DNA of 64,000 nt from Octopus vulgaris (Eukaryota): assembly GCA_951406725.2 (NCBI GenBank), contig OX597829.1, positions 32,612,001 through 32,676,000 on the forward strand, written 5' to 3'. Position 1 is the first letter of the stretch. Every line of letters begins with the position of its first letter. This document shows positions 1 to 14,702 of this stretch, piece by piece. The notes under the pieces are model-generated. The model was not told the DNA's origin, ran no database searches, and was given only the letters and a program-made list of their open reading frames with translations. The position numbers and the translations under genes are program-made.

Positions 1-422
1 CAATTCTCCTGTGAGGTACCCCAAATTTGTTACATAGAGAAAACATAACGAACCTTTTTATTATCTAACGAAAATATTTATTCACCACCATTCGAGTTGG
101 AATAATAAATTTTATTTTGAGTGTTAGATTTTTTAGTTTTTTTTTTTCTTTTTTCAATGCAGTTAAAGGAAAAAATTATAACCCTTTATTTGACTACAGA
201 AAATGACAGAAAACTTTTAACGTACGGCTGTAAATAAAAATTAATATATGAATGCAAGCCAAATTTTAACCCTTCAAACTCATACTATTTGGATTTGCAT
301 CTTCTTTAATAGAAAAAGAACAAAACTACCAACCATAAATTAATCCTTGTTTCTCCAATATTTTTCTTATTATTTACATTATTTACATTAGACGGATATT
401 TGTCCTCATCTTGTTTGTTATT

Positions 423-460
423 AACACAACGTTTCGGCTGATATAACCTCATCAGGTGTT
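423..460 (-). ncRNA. Minimal type I hammerhead ribozyme motif in a short repeat tail
   Basis: Minus strand reads aacac-CTGATGA-ggtt(atatc)agcc-GAAA-cgt-t-gtgtt. Stem I is aacac/gtgtt, stem II has 4 bp with one G-U, stem III is the palindrome ACGU, and the cleavage triplet is GUU. Confidence 0.6.
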
Positions 461-509
461 TTGGGGAAATTTCGAACCTGGATTCTCATTCCTAAGGTAT
501 TTTTCGATG

Positions 510-519
510 TTATTATTAC

Positions 520-583
<64 letters not shown>

Positions 584-700
584 GTTAAAGTCACTGCCTG
601 AAATATATATATATATACATGTATATATAATATATGTGTATATATATGTATATGTAATATATATGTATATATATGTATATATAATATATGTATATATAAT
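510..700. repeat. (ATT)n followed by imperfect (TA)n microsatellite
   Basis: Read directly from the sequence. Confidence 0.95.
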
Positions 701-849
701 TTCACAAATAGGCAGATCCGTTTATCGGATCAACTGGAACCTTCTTCGTAACCGACTCGCTTTTGCATATATTCTTTTATTCTTTTACGGGTTCCAGCCA
801 GAGGCTAGGGCCATGCTGGAGCACCGCCTCTCAGTGTTTTTTGAGTTCC

Positions 850-2760
850 CTTTCAGTATTACTTTTGGTGAAGAAGCGAGTTGGATGAAGCTACTCTTCT
901 TTCTGCTTCCTGTCGTAATGTGGGCTCATCTGGGATTTCAGACAGAAATTTGTCCAGGTGATGTTTGAACGTTTCCACATCTACACTTTGCAGATCTCTT
1001 AGATTCCTAGACAGAATGTTAAACAGTTGTGGTTCCGTGAAAAACACGCTGTTGCAATACTGGGTCCTTATCTGAAATGAAGAAGACAGTATATTTGGTA
1101 TTATGCAGTACCGTTCACTTCAATGGTTGGTATAGCTTTTAATTCCAAAGTTAGGAGCTAGATCTTTCAGGATCTTTCATATGCATACCACTGCAGACTC
1201 TTCTCGCCTTCTCCCCAAGTAGAGATTCAGTCCTTGTAGCCTCTCCTAGGAGCTCATCTGTTTCACCGAGTCAGTCTTCTTTGTGTAATGGCACTGGATT
1301 GCCTCAAGTTCCGCCACCACAGTTGAGAGCAATAATCCAGACGACCGAGGACAGATGTCCTCCATAGAAGTAGCAAGGTATCCTTATTTCTGGTTCTGAA
1401 TGATCTAAGGATCTATCCAGCTAATTGCCTGCACAGTGTTGCCTTCCTGATAATATGCACATGGAATGTTGCATTACTGCTCATGTGGATTCTCAGGTCA
1501 CTTAATGATTCTACCTGTAAGACTGCACTATTCTCTTGTCTTATGTATTCCAATTGTAGTCTGTTTGTGGGCCGATAGCGGAGTGCATGAAGCTTATCAG
1601 CATTGAACTGCATCAGCCCATTTACATTTTACATGCAGATTATTTTGCTGTTTTACTATGTTATCAGGGTCCTTGACCGCCTGAGATACTTTTGTATCAT
1701 CAGCGTAGCTGGTGAGAGTGGCTTACTGTACCACTGACGGCATGTCTGAGAGAGCCACTACAAACAGTAGTGGTCCCAGTACAGTTCCCCAGAGAGAGAG
1801 AGCGTTTTTTGGCTGCAACTGCCTGATTTCTGTTCTTTAAGTCGTGCAGCTACCCTCTCAGTTTTCCAGTGATACCAAGGTTGCGTAGTTTATGGCATAT
1901 CATCTCAACTTTATCGAAGGCCTTGGCAAAGTCGAGATACATCACATCCACATTTCAGTGGCTGAGCTGTTATTTCAGTACCCAATCATAATGTTGTAGC
2001 AGCTTTGTGAGACAGCTCCTCCCTGAGCAGAAACCATGCTGTGTGTTTGTGCGCAAGTTATTCGCTTCTTAGAATACGTTCCATGACCTTGCCAACATGT
2101 GAAGTCAGAGAGATAGGTCTGTAAGTTTTAGCATCTGCTCTGCTTCCTCCTTTATAGACAGGGCATATGATACCCTCTTTTAACAGTTTGGGAAGTTTTC
2201 CACAGGCAAGGAAACTCTGTAAAAGTATCTGCAGTGGTTTTGCGAGAGCTTTCAAGTATGTTTTTAGGAGAACAGACAGAAATCCATTCGGGTCCGTTGC
2301 TGAGTTTGAGCTCATCTCATCAATGGCCGATAATACATCTTCCTCTTTATATCGATGTAATCGATAGTTGCCTTTTCCCCATGTAAGTCAGCAGTGTGGA
2401 AGAACTCTTTAGGCTCACCTACTTACCAGTTTTCAACAGAAGAGATGAAGACACTCTGGAACACTCTTGGGGCCTGCAGTTAGTAAGCCATCTTCTTCAA
2501 ACAGTGGCCTATATTGTACAGCACTAAAGTAGACGCTTTCTTGAACTTGTAGAAGGCTTTAGGCTCTATTTTTATATCTTCCACCACCCTGATTTCTCTT
2601 TCTACCGTTTCCTTTCCATGGGAGAATTTGAGTTTATTTTCGATCTCTAAAAGTCTCTCTTCTTGGAGGGATTTCTCGCTGCTAATAAGTTGTTTATTTA
2701 AGCGATTGGAGATCTTTATTCTTTGTCTCATAAGGACTCTCCAGTTTCGAGGAATGATGT
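850..2760 (-). mobile_element. Decayed Jockey/CR1-group LINE, RT and 3' region
   Basis: Minus-strand motifs YRPISLTSHVGKVMERI, QHGF (~2035), YLDFAKAFDKV (~1910-1940), GTVLGPLLF (~1770), YADDTKVS (~1690) and FKHHLDKFLSEIPDEP. Many stops and frameshifts. Confidence 0.9.
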
Positions 2761-2861
2761 CTGTGTATAAATAATATGGATATATAAATTTATATAAATA
2801 CATAAAATTGAATTAGTTAAACGACAATAGGGCACATGTATATTTGTGCATACATACATGT

Positions 2862-2865
2862 ATGT

Positions 2866-2943
<78 letters not shown>
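2862..2943. repeat. (GT)n microsatellite
   Basis: Read directly from the sequence. Confidence 0.95.
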
Positions 2944-2944
<1 letters not shown>

Positions 2945-3330
2945 GGGCTGTCAGATACATGAGTTCGTCTTTTTCAATGTTATTTGAATAAACACGAAAA
3001 ATATTTTTATTGCACTGCTTTATGTCGTTTGTAGCTCTATTCTTCCTTTACAGCCACTCACTGAAAAGGTTCATCCGTGCCTGCTTATCTGAACGTCAAA
3101 TCAGACATAATTAAACCTTGTATAACCCTGGAAAACTATTGGATTTTCGGACTGATACAGGAATCGGGGCTTTACTTTCATATTAGAGGAATTTCATCCC
3201 AGAAGAAGCTTAAGACGAGTTTTTGGAAACCTTATGTCCTGGTGTTGATTTTTCTTCTCAAGAAATATATATTCAATTAGGCAACTTACTCTTGTGTATA
3301 ACTCCCATCAGTAATAATTTTTTTTCAAGT
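2944..3330 (-). mobile_element. Highly decayed mariner-like fragment
   Basis: Minus strand gives a KLVLSFFWD-like peptide near 3195-3230, resembling mariner KVMLSVFWD. Confidence 0.4.
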
Positions 3331-5580
3331 GCTCGGCTTAATTAGTAGTAACTACTAATTAGCAGTAACTAAATTAGTAGCAGTTTCAACAATCATTTTT
3401 ATCATGTACAAATTCAAACGATTCTTAAACCTTTCAAACCAGACTTTATGCGCTAGAAAAAGGTTTAATATAAGAAATCACATCTTCCCCTTTCTACAAA
3501 CTTTTCGTTATTTTAATAACCATCGTCATTTATCGACTCATTTCGCCGGTTCTACGAATATGTCACAGCCCACACGTATTGGTTTCCATTGAGCCTACAG
3601 AACGAAACGTTGGGAACTTGACTATAAAATAAATCATCTTACTAAGCAAGACCAACCTGCGTATTAACAACAGAACCGAACTGCACGCAACTGATTGGCT
3701 ACTATAGGAACGCATATCTACCCTTCAGATACACACACCACAAAACAAAGAAGGGCATCATTACCAGGCAGATTTTCTGAAGAAGGGTTCCCAACCCCGA
3801 AATATTGAAATAGAAGATAAAAGTACAAACCTTCGAGCTGTATTTTATAAATCTTATAATTAGAAACATTTCCGTATATCCGACCATACTTCATGCAAGC
3901 TATGTGTATATCTATGTATTCCTGTATGAGTGTATGAATATATTATAATCATTTCTCAAATTGTTACCTACTTTAATCTTTTCTGATATGCCGAGATGCG
4001 GTCTTTCGGCTAAGAAGATAGTGTACTTTTAAATTCCTAGCATTTATCCAAGTTTCTATATACCGAAATTATTGAACATACTACTTTATAATTTCCGCAA
4101 GCGCGAAATGCCTTAATCTGATGTATCCATAACATGGGGACGCTCTTACTCACACAGGCCCATACGCCCACATACACACACACACATATATATAAAAATA
4201 CACACATGCAATCATACATACATAAACATATACATACATAAATATATATACAAACATACATAAACGCACAAGCACGCACAGACACGCATACACATATATA
4301 CCCATACACATACACACATGTGCATGCTTCAGACTCCACACCTCGGTGAGATAGCTACTAAACTACATTCCATCGGAATATGGGTTCATGATCAGCCATA
4401 TCTAATTCCCTTGGTATGAAAATATAGATGTTCTACATATTAAGATTTGCTAAAGATTTACCAATCTTGACGTATAATAGCTGAATAAAATTGTGAATAG
4501 ATTATGGCTTCTATGTCATTCCACAGTGAAGATTGTCCATTTCTTGAGATAAAGATAAAAATTATAGATAACAAAATAAAGTAGGTGATATATATAAAAC
4601 AAAAGAATATAGTTTTCAACGATGTTCTCTCCTAAGATTGCTGCATTAATCTGGTCTTTAAATAATCTTAGGAATCAAACGATTCAGAAAATATACATTT
4701 TCAAAAGAAATTATGTATTCCATAGTTTTGTATAAACTTCTAACAATTTTATAGTTTTCAAAATAAACATGAAATTTCCTACGATACCGATAGTAGTAAC
4801 TGCTACGTAAGCATGTGTCCAGTTATACTTTTAAATATCTTGCAAACCACACAGTCTATACTAGTCAGTATTAAATTCCACATCTGTTAGAATTGCACCA
4901 GGTATTTGGGTTAATGTTTCGCCGGAGAAAAAGAATTTGCATGCATTCAGCCATTATTTGTCGTAGATTGCCCTAGCGTGAATATTGTAGAAAGAGATCA
5001 AATAAGTTATTATTTATAAATTGAAGTAAAGATATTATTTACTATTTTTAAAATAGTAGGATGTGTGATTTGGGAAAAATTTTGCTAGTCATTTCTAGTA
5101 GACTTACCATGATAGCTTTTCAGTTGTCTTCGTGGTATTCTCTATTTTCAAGGCAGTAGCATGTGATTTGTGGGAGCATTGTATGCGTTATAAACCTAAG
5201 AATATTATAATAATTAGTACTTTCAAAATGCTAGTAAAAGTTATTACTACGAGGTTAATATATATGTGCACACTTTGCTTGTTTGTTTTATCGCTCGAAC
5301 GTAATTTCTTCGGTTTACAGATAACCGATAACATGTTTCTTCCAATGACACGTCTCTTCCAATATGCTTTATTAGAAATCCGATCTTCTATAAACAGTGG
5401 ATGCATATTTCCTTTCCCGCACCAGTGATCTGTATAAACACGTGAAAAACATTGCCTGGAGCAATTTCAACAAATATTAATTTTAATATCCATTAATATA
5501 CAACTAGTTGTTTCTCAGTATGTTTAAATAATTACATCGGCTTTTATACACACACACAACGTATCAACAAATCTTACAAA

Positions 5581-5620
<40 letters not shown>

Positions 5621-5632
5621 TGCACAAACACA

Positions 5633-5681
<49 letters not shown>

Positions 5682-6003
5682 GTAATTCAAAGGGTACATC
5701 AAAAGATACGACACGTTATCAAATGGTATGAGCGCGGTAGATCAGTTCTACATTCAACCCCTACCTTTAATATGCTTAGAAAAGTCTTCATTACTCCGAA
5801 TAGGCTAGAATACAGAGTTCGGGCGCTGTATATATAGGGGGGCGGGTACAGAAGACGTAGTCGGTATTTATGCTTTATAGAATGTACACGTATTTCGTGA
5901 GGTTAGCAGGCATCAATTATATGAGCATAAAACCCAGCTACACGAACAAGTACCGCAGGGTCCTTTCATCATGAAACACGTGCACGTTATATTCCTTGCA
6001 TGT

Positions 6004-6043
<40 letters not shown>

Positions 6044-7069
6044 CTTTTATTTTTTACTTGTCTTAGTCATTAGACTGCGGCCATGCTGGGGCACCACTTT
6101 GGTTGACTTTCTGATGTCTGGTTGAGTAAGAGGGCGCCACGGCGAGCATGGAAACCGTGGGCACAAACCCGATGGCGAGTACAATATACGAGTACACTGA
6201 CACTTTGCATGGGCAATTGTCAGTGATGATCTTCCGCGGTCATGAGTGAACAGCCATCATGTATGTATGTATGTATGTATGTATGTATGTATGTATGTAT
6301 GTATGTGGTGTGTATGTGTGTATTTACGTACATATATTTCTGTACATCTTTATTTGTGTACATCGGTGGAAATACCTTAAAGTACCACTATGTTTTAAAC
6401 CACCAGAAGGAATTAAATATTTCCAAACATCTAAAAGAGACTTAACTCAATGAATAGAAATGATAATATGAGCACCAGATTAAGTACTGAGTTGGTATCC
6501 TTGATTAAAACCCTTAAACGATGTCGGTACTGTGGTTTGGCCGAATTCAGTGACTGAAACTACAATAAATGAGTAAAACAAAAACCTTATTAGAGTCTAA
6601 CCTAGAAAAAAAAAAAGAAAAGAGAAAAAAATCATGCTTCCTGTTTCAACAGTAAAATAGGAAGCATAGAAATAGAAGCCAAACTTTCTGTCAAATTACA
6701 CCATCTTACAGTTCTTAAATAAAGCACGGCACATTGTATAGTGTCTCACGGCTAATCATGCCTTTGATCAGAAAATCCATCCTGTCTACAGTAACAGCGA
6801 AGCCTGCGAGATATGTGAAGTCACGACAATGAATTTGCAATAGATGCACATATCCACTGTATAAAGTAATGTAAAAATCTAAGCTGAGTGTGCATAAATT
6901 AATCGTTTATTAAGTGATTTATAAATGATGCTATAAGACAATATTTTTTTATATAATGAAATATTTAGGAGGGTATTCAGCAATATTTCTTAGCATCTAA
7001 ATTCGTACAGATGTATGTATATAAGACTTATATATTTTTCTTCTTTTTATTTATTGGCTTTCTTCTTAG

Positions 7070-7340
7070 ATTAAAAGAGCATAATTTCTAACGAAGAAAC
7101 AAAAGTGTCATCCCTGAATTTTGGGTAAAAACAACGATGATTGTTTAAGAAAGTCTTCAATATTTTTATTGTTCCACTTACAGAATACGTCTGTAAAGTT
7201 TGTGTTAACCAGTCTCTTTTATTGCTTGGAAATCTTAGCTTCTCCATATTGAAATTTAGATACTTAATAACGTAACAGAGTGCCTCAAATATTACTGGTA
7301 CTAATATAAGTTTGTAATCAGGGAAGAGCATTTGAAGGTT
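7070..7340 (-). mobile_element. 3' fragment of an R4/Dong-type (RLE) non-LTR element
   Basis: LLRNLQMLFPDYKLILVPVIFEAL...SVSGTIKILKTFL matches the C-terminus of the element at 62140-62350. Confidence 0.8.
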
Positions 7341-7509
7341 TCGGAGCAGCAAAGATATTCTCCTTCTCGCTGATTTTGGAAGATATGTTCACATCTGTAT
7401 TCTCTAAATTGTGTGAGAATACAGGACTTTTCTTTTCTGTCCCAAATAACTGGCAAAAGTTTTTAGCAAATGTTTCACCATATTTCCGTATGTAAGTGTG
7501 GATGATTGC

Positions 7510-8020
7510 TTGTATGTATGTATGTATGTATGTATGTATGTATGTATGTATGTATGTATGTATGTATGTATGTATGTATGTATGTATGTATGTATGTATG
7601 CATGTATGTGAGCACGTGTGTATATATATATATATATGGATGGATTGATGAATGGATGGATGGATGCAAGCAAATATGTCTGTGTATGTATGTATATGTA
7701 TGCCTGCATGTATTATGTATGCATGTAGGTAAGTATGTGTGTGTGTGGGTGGGTGCGTATATGTGGCTGGCTGGCAGACTGGCTGGTTGGATGGATAGAA
7801 GTATGGATGCAAGCATGTATACCTGTGTATGTATCTATGTGTACGTCTGCTTGTATGTCTGTGCGCATGTATGTATGTATGCATGCATGCATGTGTGAAT
7901 GTATGTATGAATGTATGTGTGTGTGTGTATGGATGGATAGATGAATGGATGCAAGCATATATGTCTATGCATGTATGTGTGTGTGTACATGTTTGTATGT
8001 ACGTATATATGTATGTGTGT
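7510..8020. repeat. (ATGT)n and degenerate ATGC/ATGG arrays
   Basis: Read directly from the sequence. Confidence 0.9.
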
Positions 8021-8284
8021 ATGATCTCTATCCATCGTTTATTTGAGTGGCCTCGTTGGTGGAGGAAGATTACAGGTACGGCGAGGGAAACTCACCCTAT
8101 TATGAGAAGTAAGGGGAAAAAACATGCGTACGGATTAATCCCTGTCCTCTCCAATGAACCGTTTAACATGACAGTCCTCAAGGGGTCCAAAGATGGAAGA
8201 GGCGGTCAGGATCTGATACAAGGGATAATCATAAAGAAGCAAGAAGATAAGCTAATGTATGCGTGTTTCTATGCATAGAAGTAT

Positions 8285-8558
<274 letters not shown>

Positions 8559-8766
8559 ACACATTCATTTTGAGCAGATCTGTGTTCTGGCATTTCTTTC
8601 ATTGTAGTTAGGAATGTTGTTCATTGGAATAAATCCAGTATGGAATAGTTGGAGCGTGGCGTTGATGCGAAGCGGGAGGAGGGAAATGATGGGAAAACGT
8701 TTGTATGTGTGTGAGTATAAGTGTGAGGGAAAGAGAAGGTAGAAAGGAACGGGAGATAAAGTTTAG

Positions 8767-8811
<45 letters not shown>

Positions 8812-8955
8812 ACAGACAGACAGACAGAGTAAACAAGACGTGGAAGAAACAGTTACAGCGTGAAGGAAAGTTTTGTTGGGCTACCAAGTGAGACAGACAG
8901 ACAAATAGGAATATATACATATATATAATGTACACACACATATACACATATATAC

Positions 8956-8987
<32 letters not shown>

Positions 8988-9190
8988 TGAGAGAGAGAGA
9001 GTTAGAAGAGTAGACAAACCAAAATAGATACATAGATACATGGATGTGTATGTGTATCCAATGTGTATGTATGTATATATATATAGATTTAATGTAATCT
9101 ATAATATTATAAAATAATACATTCATACATACATATATACATACATACATATACATACATACATACATACATATATATATATACATATAC

Positions 9191-9253
<63 letters not shown>

Positions 9254-10269
9254 ATACAAATACACACACATATATAAGAAAGAGAGAGAAGATGGAGGGA
9301 AAGAGGGAAAGAGGGAAAGAGCGAGAACAGCTTTAAAAAAACCCCAACAGACTGTTTACATAGTGAAGTATTATTTTAACAGATTATCTTCTATATACTA
9401 AAAACAAAATTTTTGGCGTGCGCAAAGATTGGAACCTTTTATTTTTCTTACCATCTTTTCATCCACATTTCTTCTTTGGTGTTGCCAACATTTTCTTTTT
9501 ACAGTTATTTTTTTCAAATGTTTTTATGTGGTTTTTATCCTAAAAATAGAAACTACCGAAGACTTATGTCTTCAAAATCATAAAAGAATAAGAAGAAAAC
9601 TTTTTTTTTAAAGAAAAATTGCTATTAGTAAGATTTTTCAACCTAAGTAAAAGAATTAATCTAAATTGTGTGTTTCAATTAAAGTGCTATTACACGTAGA
9701 CTTTATGTGTTTGTGCGTGTGTATATAAACACGCGCACACACTTGTGACGGTATCGGTTAGCTGACCAAAATAAAAAAAAATACACTTAATATGAGTAAT
9801 AAAACAATTATACTTTTATATAAGTAAATCGTCGAGCAATACCTGTATTGCATATGTATATCGTCGAGAGGAAGAAAACTCTAGGATATATATATAAGAC
9901 AAGGTAATAATTTTATCATGAAGAACATTTTAGTACCGGTTTCAGACTTTGCGACTTTTTCAACTTTGAGTAAAGCATGAACAGCAATTAAGTTGTGGAA
10001 AAATTAAATGAAATGTTTTTAAAAAATATTTCTATAGATTTCAAATGCAAGGGACATTTTCCTTTTTCTGTCTCTGTCTCTCTTTTTTACTCATGTGAGA
10101 TCTAGGTATTGAGCAGCAGGTAGTGGTAGTCCTAATATTTGGTATGAATTCTTGTTTTATACTCACACAGGAAAGATGTTCATTTAAGATTTTCCTGACC
10201 CACTTCCCGTTATTGGAGGAAACGGAACTTCTACAGATATAATTATACATGTCTCTATATGTCACATTG

Positions 10270-11440
10270 TAAATTGCAGCTTTCCATTGGTATTCGTTTG
10301 TCTTTTACGGCTGCTGAAGGTGTTATAATGGAGGCAGTTGAATACAAATCAGTGATCAGGTTCTTATACTTAAAAGATCGATCACCAAAAGAGACTTTCG
10401 ATGAGATGAAAGAAGTTTATAGTGACGATGCACCATCATACGACGTAGTCAAGCACTGGCATCGCCAGTTCAAATGTGCTCGGACATCATTGGAAACTGC
10501 TCTTATTCCTGGACGACTACATTCCGCTATTGATGACGACACCATCCATAAAGTGGAAGCCGCCATTTTGGAGGATCACCGCATAGCTATTCGGCAACTA
10601 GCCTAAGAAGTGAAGATAAGTGTAGAGTCTGAGGAAAAAAATCATTCACGACCATTTGCACATGCGTAAGTTGTCTGCACCACGGATTCACCATTTCAGC
10701 AGCAGGAACAAGTCAATTGATCCCAGGCTCTTTTGGCAATATGCTACGAAAATTAGGATGACTTTTTCGGCAGACTAATCACACAGGATGAAACATGGGT
10801 CCATCACTATGATCCTGAGTCTAAAGTCCAGTCGTAGCAATGGAAGCATGATAACTCACCACCTCCAAAAATGGCTCATGTCCAACCCTCAACAGGCAAG
10901 GTAATGCTCACAGTCTTTTGGGACCAGCGCGGAGTAGTAATGATGGATTTTCCGGCAAAGGGTACCACAATTAACGTGGTATATTATGCTTCTCTGCTGC
11001 AAAAATTACGGGACGCCATCAAAGCAGAGAGGCATGGCATGCTGACCATAGAAGTCCGTCTTGTCCAAGCCAATGCCCCAGTTCACAATGTGCATGTTTC
11101 CCAGATAAAAACACTCTTACGGCTATTAAATCCTTCCTCATCCCTCTTACTCTCCCGATCCCGCACCATCTGACTTCTACCTCTCCTCAACAATGAAGTC
11201 CTTTTTGAAGGTGAAGTACTTTCGGATGATGATGAACTTATTTCCGAAGTAAAGTCTTGGCTTCAAGAGCAACCTACCAACTTCTACAGACGAGTTCTTC
11301 ACAGATGCATAAAGCGATGGGAGAAGTGTGTCACTATTGGCGGTAGCTATGTAGAGAAGGGCTTATAATTATGCCAAGTCTCGATAATCCCAGTTCTTGG
11401 GAAGTGGATCATGGAAATCTTTAATGAACGCCTCTCGTGT
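10270..11440 (+). mobile_element. Mariner (Mos1/SETMAR-like) transposase pseudogene with 3' TIR
   Basis: MEAVEYKSVIRFL N-terminus, QDETWVHHYDPE (~10785), KVMLTVFWD, QANAPVH and YSPDPAPSDFYL (~11145). Ends ...aacgcctctcgtg then TA. The 5' TIR was not seen. Internal stops. Confidence 0.92.
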
Positions 11441-11655
11441 ATATATATATATATATATATTATCGGGAAGTAAATTACTGGTCATGCCATAAAATTGATA
11501 AAAATATTACCGTTGATTTCGCGCACTCTGTTGTACGTACGCAATATTGACGACTCTTCAGACATGCTATCTGGGATATATTACATTGGCAAGTTTAAAA
11601 GTCGCGGAACCGACGGTAATATTCTCATTAATTATATGCTGAAGCCAGTAATGTA

Positions 11656-11694
<39 letters not shown>

Positions 11695-11699
<5 letters not shown>

Positions 11700-12975
11700 G
11701 ACTCCATTATGAAACACTGCTGAATGTGGAGAATGAATGGCCCCCAACTGAGGGGCCAGCTACCCGAATCGACAGTACCCTGGTAGATAGAGCAACTAAG
11801 GATATGAAGACAAGGAAAGCACCTGACCCATCAGGTATCACTGCTAAGATACTTAAAATATCGGGTGGTGTGGGTTATTGTCTTGTCACCCACATTGTAA
11901 ATCAAGTAGTTCATGAAGGAGTCATACCCAATGACTGGTGTAGTAGCACCTTAGTCAACTGCTACAAAGGTAAAGGTGATGCTTTAGATAGAAATAACTA
12001 CAGGGGTATCAAACTATTGGATCAGATGATGAAAGTTACAGAGAGGATCATAGCCCTACTAATTATGGAGAGAGTTAGCCTAGGTGAGATGCAGTTTAGT
12101 TTTGTGCCAGGCAAAAGCACCACTGATGCTAAATTCCTGGTAAGGGAACTGCAGGAGAAATATCTAGCCAAAGATTATCCTCTGTACTTGGCTTTTGTTG
12201 ACTTGGAGAAAGCCTTTGACAGGGTCCCCTGATCCCTTATCTGGTGGTCAATCTGGAAACTGGGGATAGACAAGTGGTTGGTAACAACTATACCAGTCCT
12301 GTACAGGGATGCTGTCAGTAAGGTGAGGGTTTGCAACGAGTATAGGGAAGAATTCCGAATAGTAAGAATGCACCAAAGATCAACCCTCAGTCCCCTTTTG
12401 TTTTATTATAGTCCTCCAGGAAATAACAAAGGAATTCAAGACAGGTTGCCCCTGAGAGCTCCTCTATACTGATGATCTTGCTCTAATAGCCGAGCCACTG
12501 CTAGAACTAGAGACGAAGTTTATGGTGTGGAAGCAAGATCCAGAATCGAAGGGCCTTAGGGTTAATCTAGCAAAAACCAAAGTCTTAGTAAGTAGGAAGG
12601 CTGTCAAATCACAAGCCCCTTCAGGTAGATGGCCCTGCTCAATCTGTAGAAAAGTCGTGGGTAGATACTCCATATGCTGTACTCGGTGTAAGGTGTGGAC
12701 ATATAAAAGGTGCAGCAATATCAAAGGAAGGTTAACCAGGAAGATAGTTTTTGAGTGCAGCAGATGCACAGGGCAATAAACACTGATGATGGAGTCCATC
12801 ACATACCAGGAGGAGAAACTAGTAGTTAATAGCTTCTGCTACCTAGGCGACCAAGTCTGTAGTGGGAGTGGATGCTCTGAGTGTGTAATGGCTAGAATAA
12901 GAATAGCCTGGGAAAAATTCAGAGAGCTCCTACCTCTAAGGGCAACAAAGGTCCTCTCGCTCAGGATGAAAGGTA

Positions 12976-12980
<5 letters not shown>
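11695..12980 (+). mobile_element. RTE-clade LINE RT fragment with an internal Cys/His-rich insert
   Basis: YRGIKLLDQMMKVTERI, AFVDLEKAFDRVP, HQRSTLSPLLF, LLYTDDLAL and FCYLGDQ. Bounded by (TA)n and (GT)n. Confidence 0.92.
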
Positions 12981-13043
<63 letters not shown>

Positions 13044-14175
13044 GTGTGTGCGCGCGTGCGTGTACGCAGTGCTTCAAGGTTTGATACAGCCAGATGTCAT
13101 CATAGCATTCAACTATCTGATATATTACTCAACTGAATTCTGGGACAAATTAAGCAGTTCAAGTTGATACTGTGATACGAAGGCCACGGATGTGAGCTTT
13201 GCCTGTCATTCTTTCAGCTGTTGACAAAAACGATAAGTACCAACTTAGGGCGGTCGACTGGAGAGTCTGGAAATAAGACGTCGGTCAAGTTGCCTTGCGG
13301 TATCTGTTCCAGACTGCGAAAATACTTGTTGTTAAAACGTAATGATCTTTAAGAGCTCTTCCTCTTGAAAGACATCGGTGGCGTGGAGAGGGGAAAAGGG
13401 ACACCTATATGCATTAGTGGTGCCAGTTTTGCGCGAAAAACTTTGAACAGGTCTATGCATACATGTGCTATTAGATGACCAATTCCGAATGAAGAAGTTA
13501 TAATATATATATATACACACACACATATACATACACACATACATACATACAAACATATATATATATATATATATATACGCATATACACATAAATATGTAT
13601 ACATACACACACATAAACATACACACATTATATATATACATACAAAACGGGACACCAGCATTCGTCAGCAAAGAAGACAAGTCCCTCGTTATCTCAAAGA
13701 CTTGTGCCATGGATATAAATCGTTGAAGACCAAACACTGTAAAAATCGGACTCACGGCCTTATTCACTCCATAGTGATCTGAGTAACGAATGATGTCAGA
13801 ATTTCAGAAATTTTGGAAATATCATTGACAATGAAGAAACAACGACATCGCGAAGATGCCTATACATTTTCGAGGTGTGACCGATTAAATCGACTCAGCA
13901 CAATATATTATCGATCTCGCAACAGGATTTGGGATGAGGGGAAAAAAAGTGACTGTTAAAACGGGTGACTGGTTAAATTTATCCTTCAGTGAAGAAAAAC
14001 CTGAAGCCAACTGACTAGCTTCCTCAAAGCTTGCGTCCAACCGATGTTACAATAGAAGATATTTTTCAAGATGCCGCGCAATGAAATTGAATTCAAAGCC
14101 GCCAGGTTATTGTGAAAGAAACTCTTCAAGCAAATGACATCACCGGAGCTGTTTTTATTGCACGAACATAGCATT

Positions 14176-14428
14176 ATAACCCTTTTATTACGATATTTCT
14201 GCTGACATATAATGTCTATATTTTGATTAATTTCTTTTTAATAATGAATAGTTTAATAAAACAATTTCATCATTATAAAAATAATTTCATCATTATTATT
14301 CGGAAATAGAAAACAGAAATTAACATGAAATTTTGAGGGAAGGTTGTAATTTAGATGGCTTTAAAACAAGAATTTTGTATCGCAGGATCAGGGATGGTCT
14401 CAGGCGGATTGGTATCAGAAAAGCTTTA
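14176..14428. mobile_element. Probable MITE with degenerate TIRs
   Basis: Starts ataacccttttattac and ends gtatcagaaaagcttta, an imperfect inverted pair resembling TTAA-CCC termini. Confidence 0.35.
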
Positions 14429-14659
14429 CCTGAGTATAATTATTGACAGTATAAGGCATCTTACAAAGGCACATTTCATCAGATGTATAACGGTGGATGC
14501 AGTGATGTCTTTCCAAAGGCTAATTCACAGTGTAAAGTAGATTTGAATGGGAATGCAACCTGATGTAACCCATTTATGCATTATATATGATATTTAAATA
14601 ACTACGGTATATCGGTAAATATCCATGTTGATAAACACACAAATACATGTATATATGTA

Positions 14660-14702
<43 letters not shown>

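Noticed and set aside
10328-11370. Domesticated SETMAR-like gene
   Set aside because: It has multiple stops and frameshifts, no SET domain and a retained TIR.
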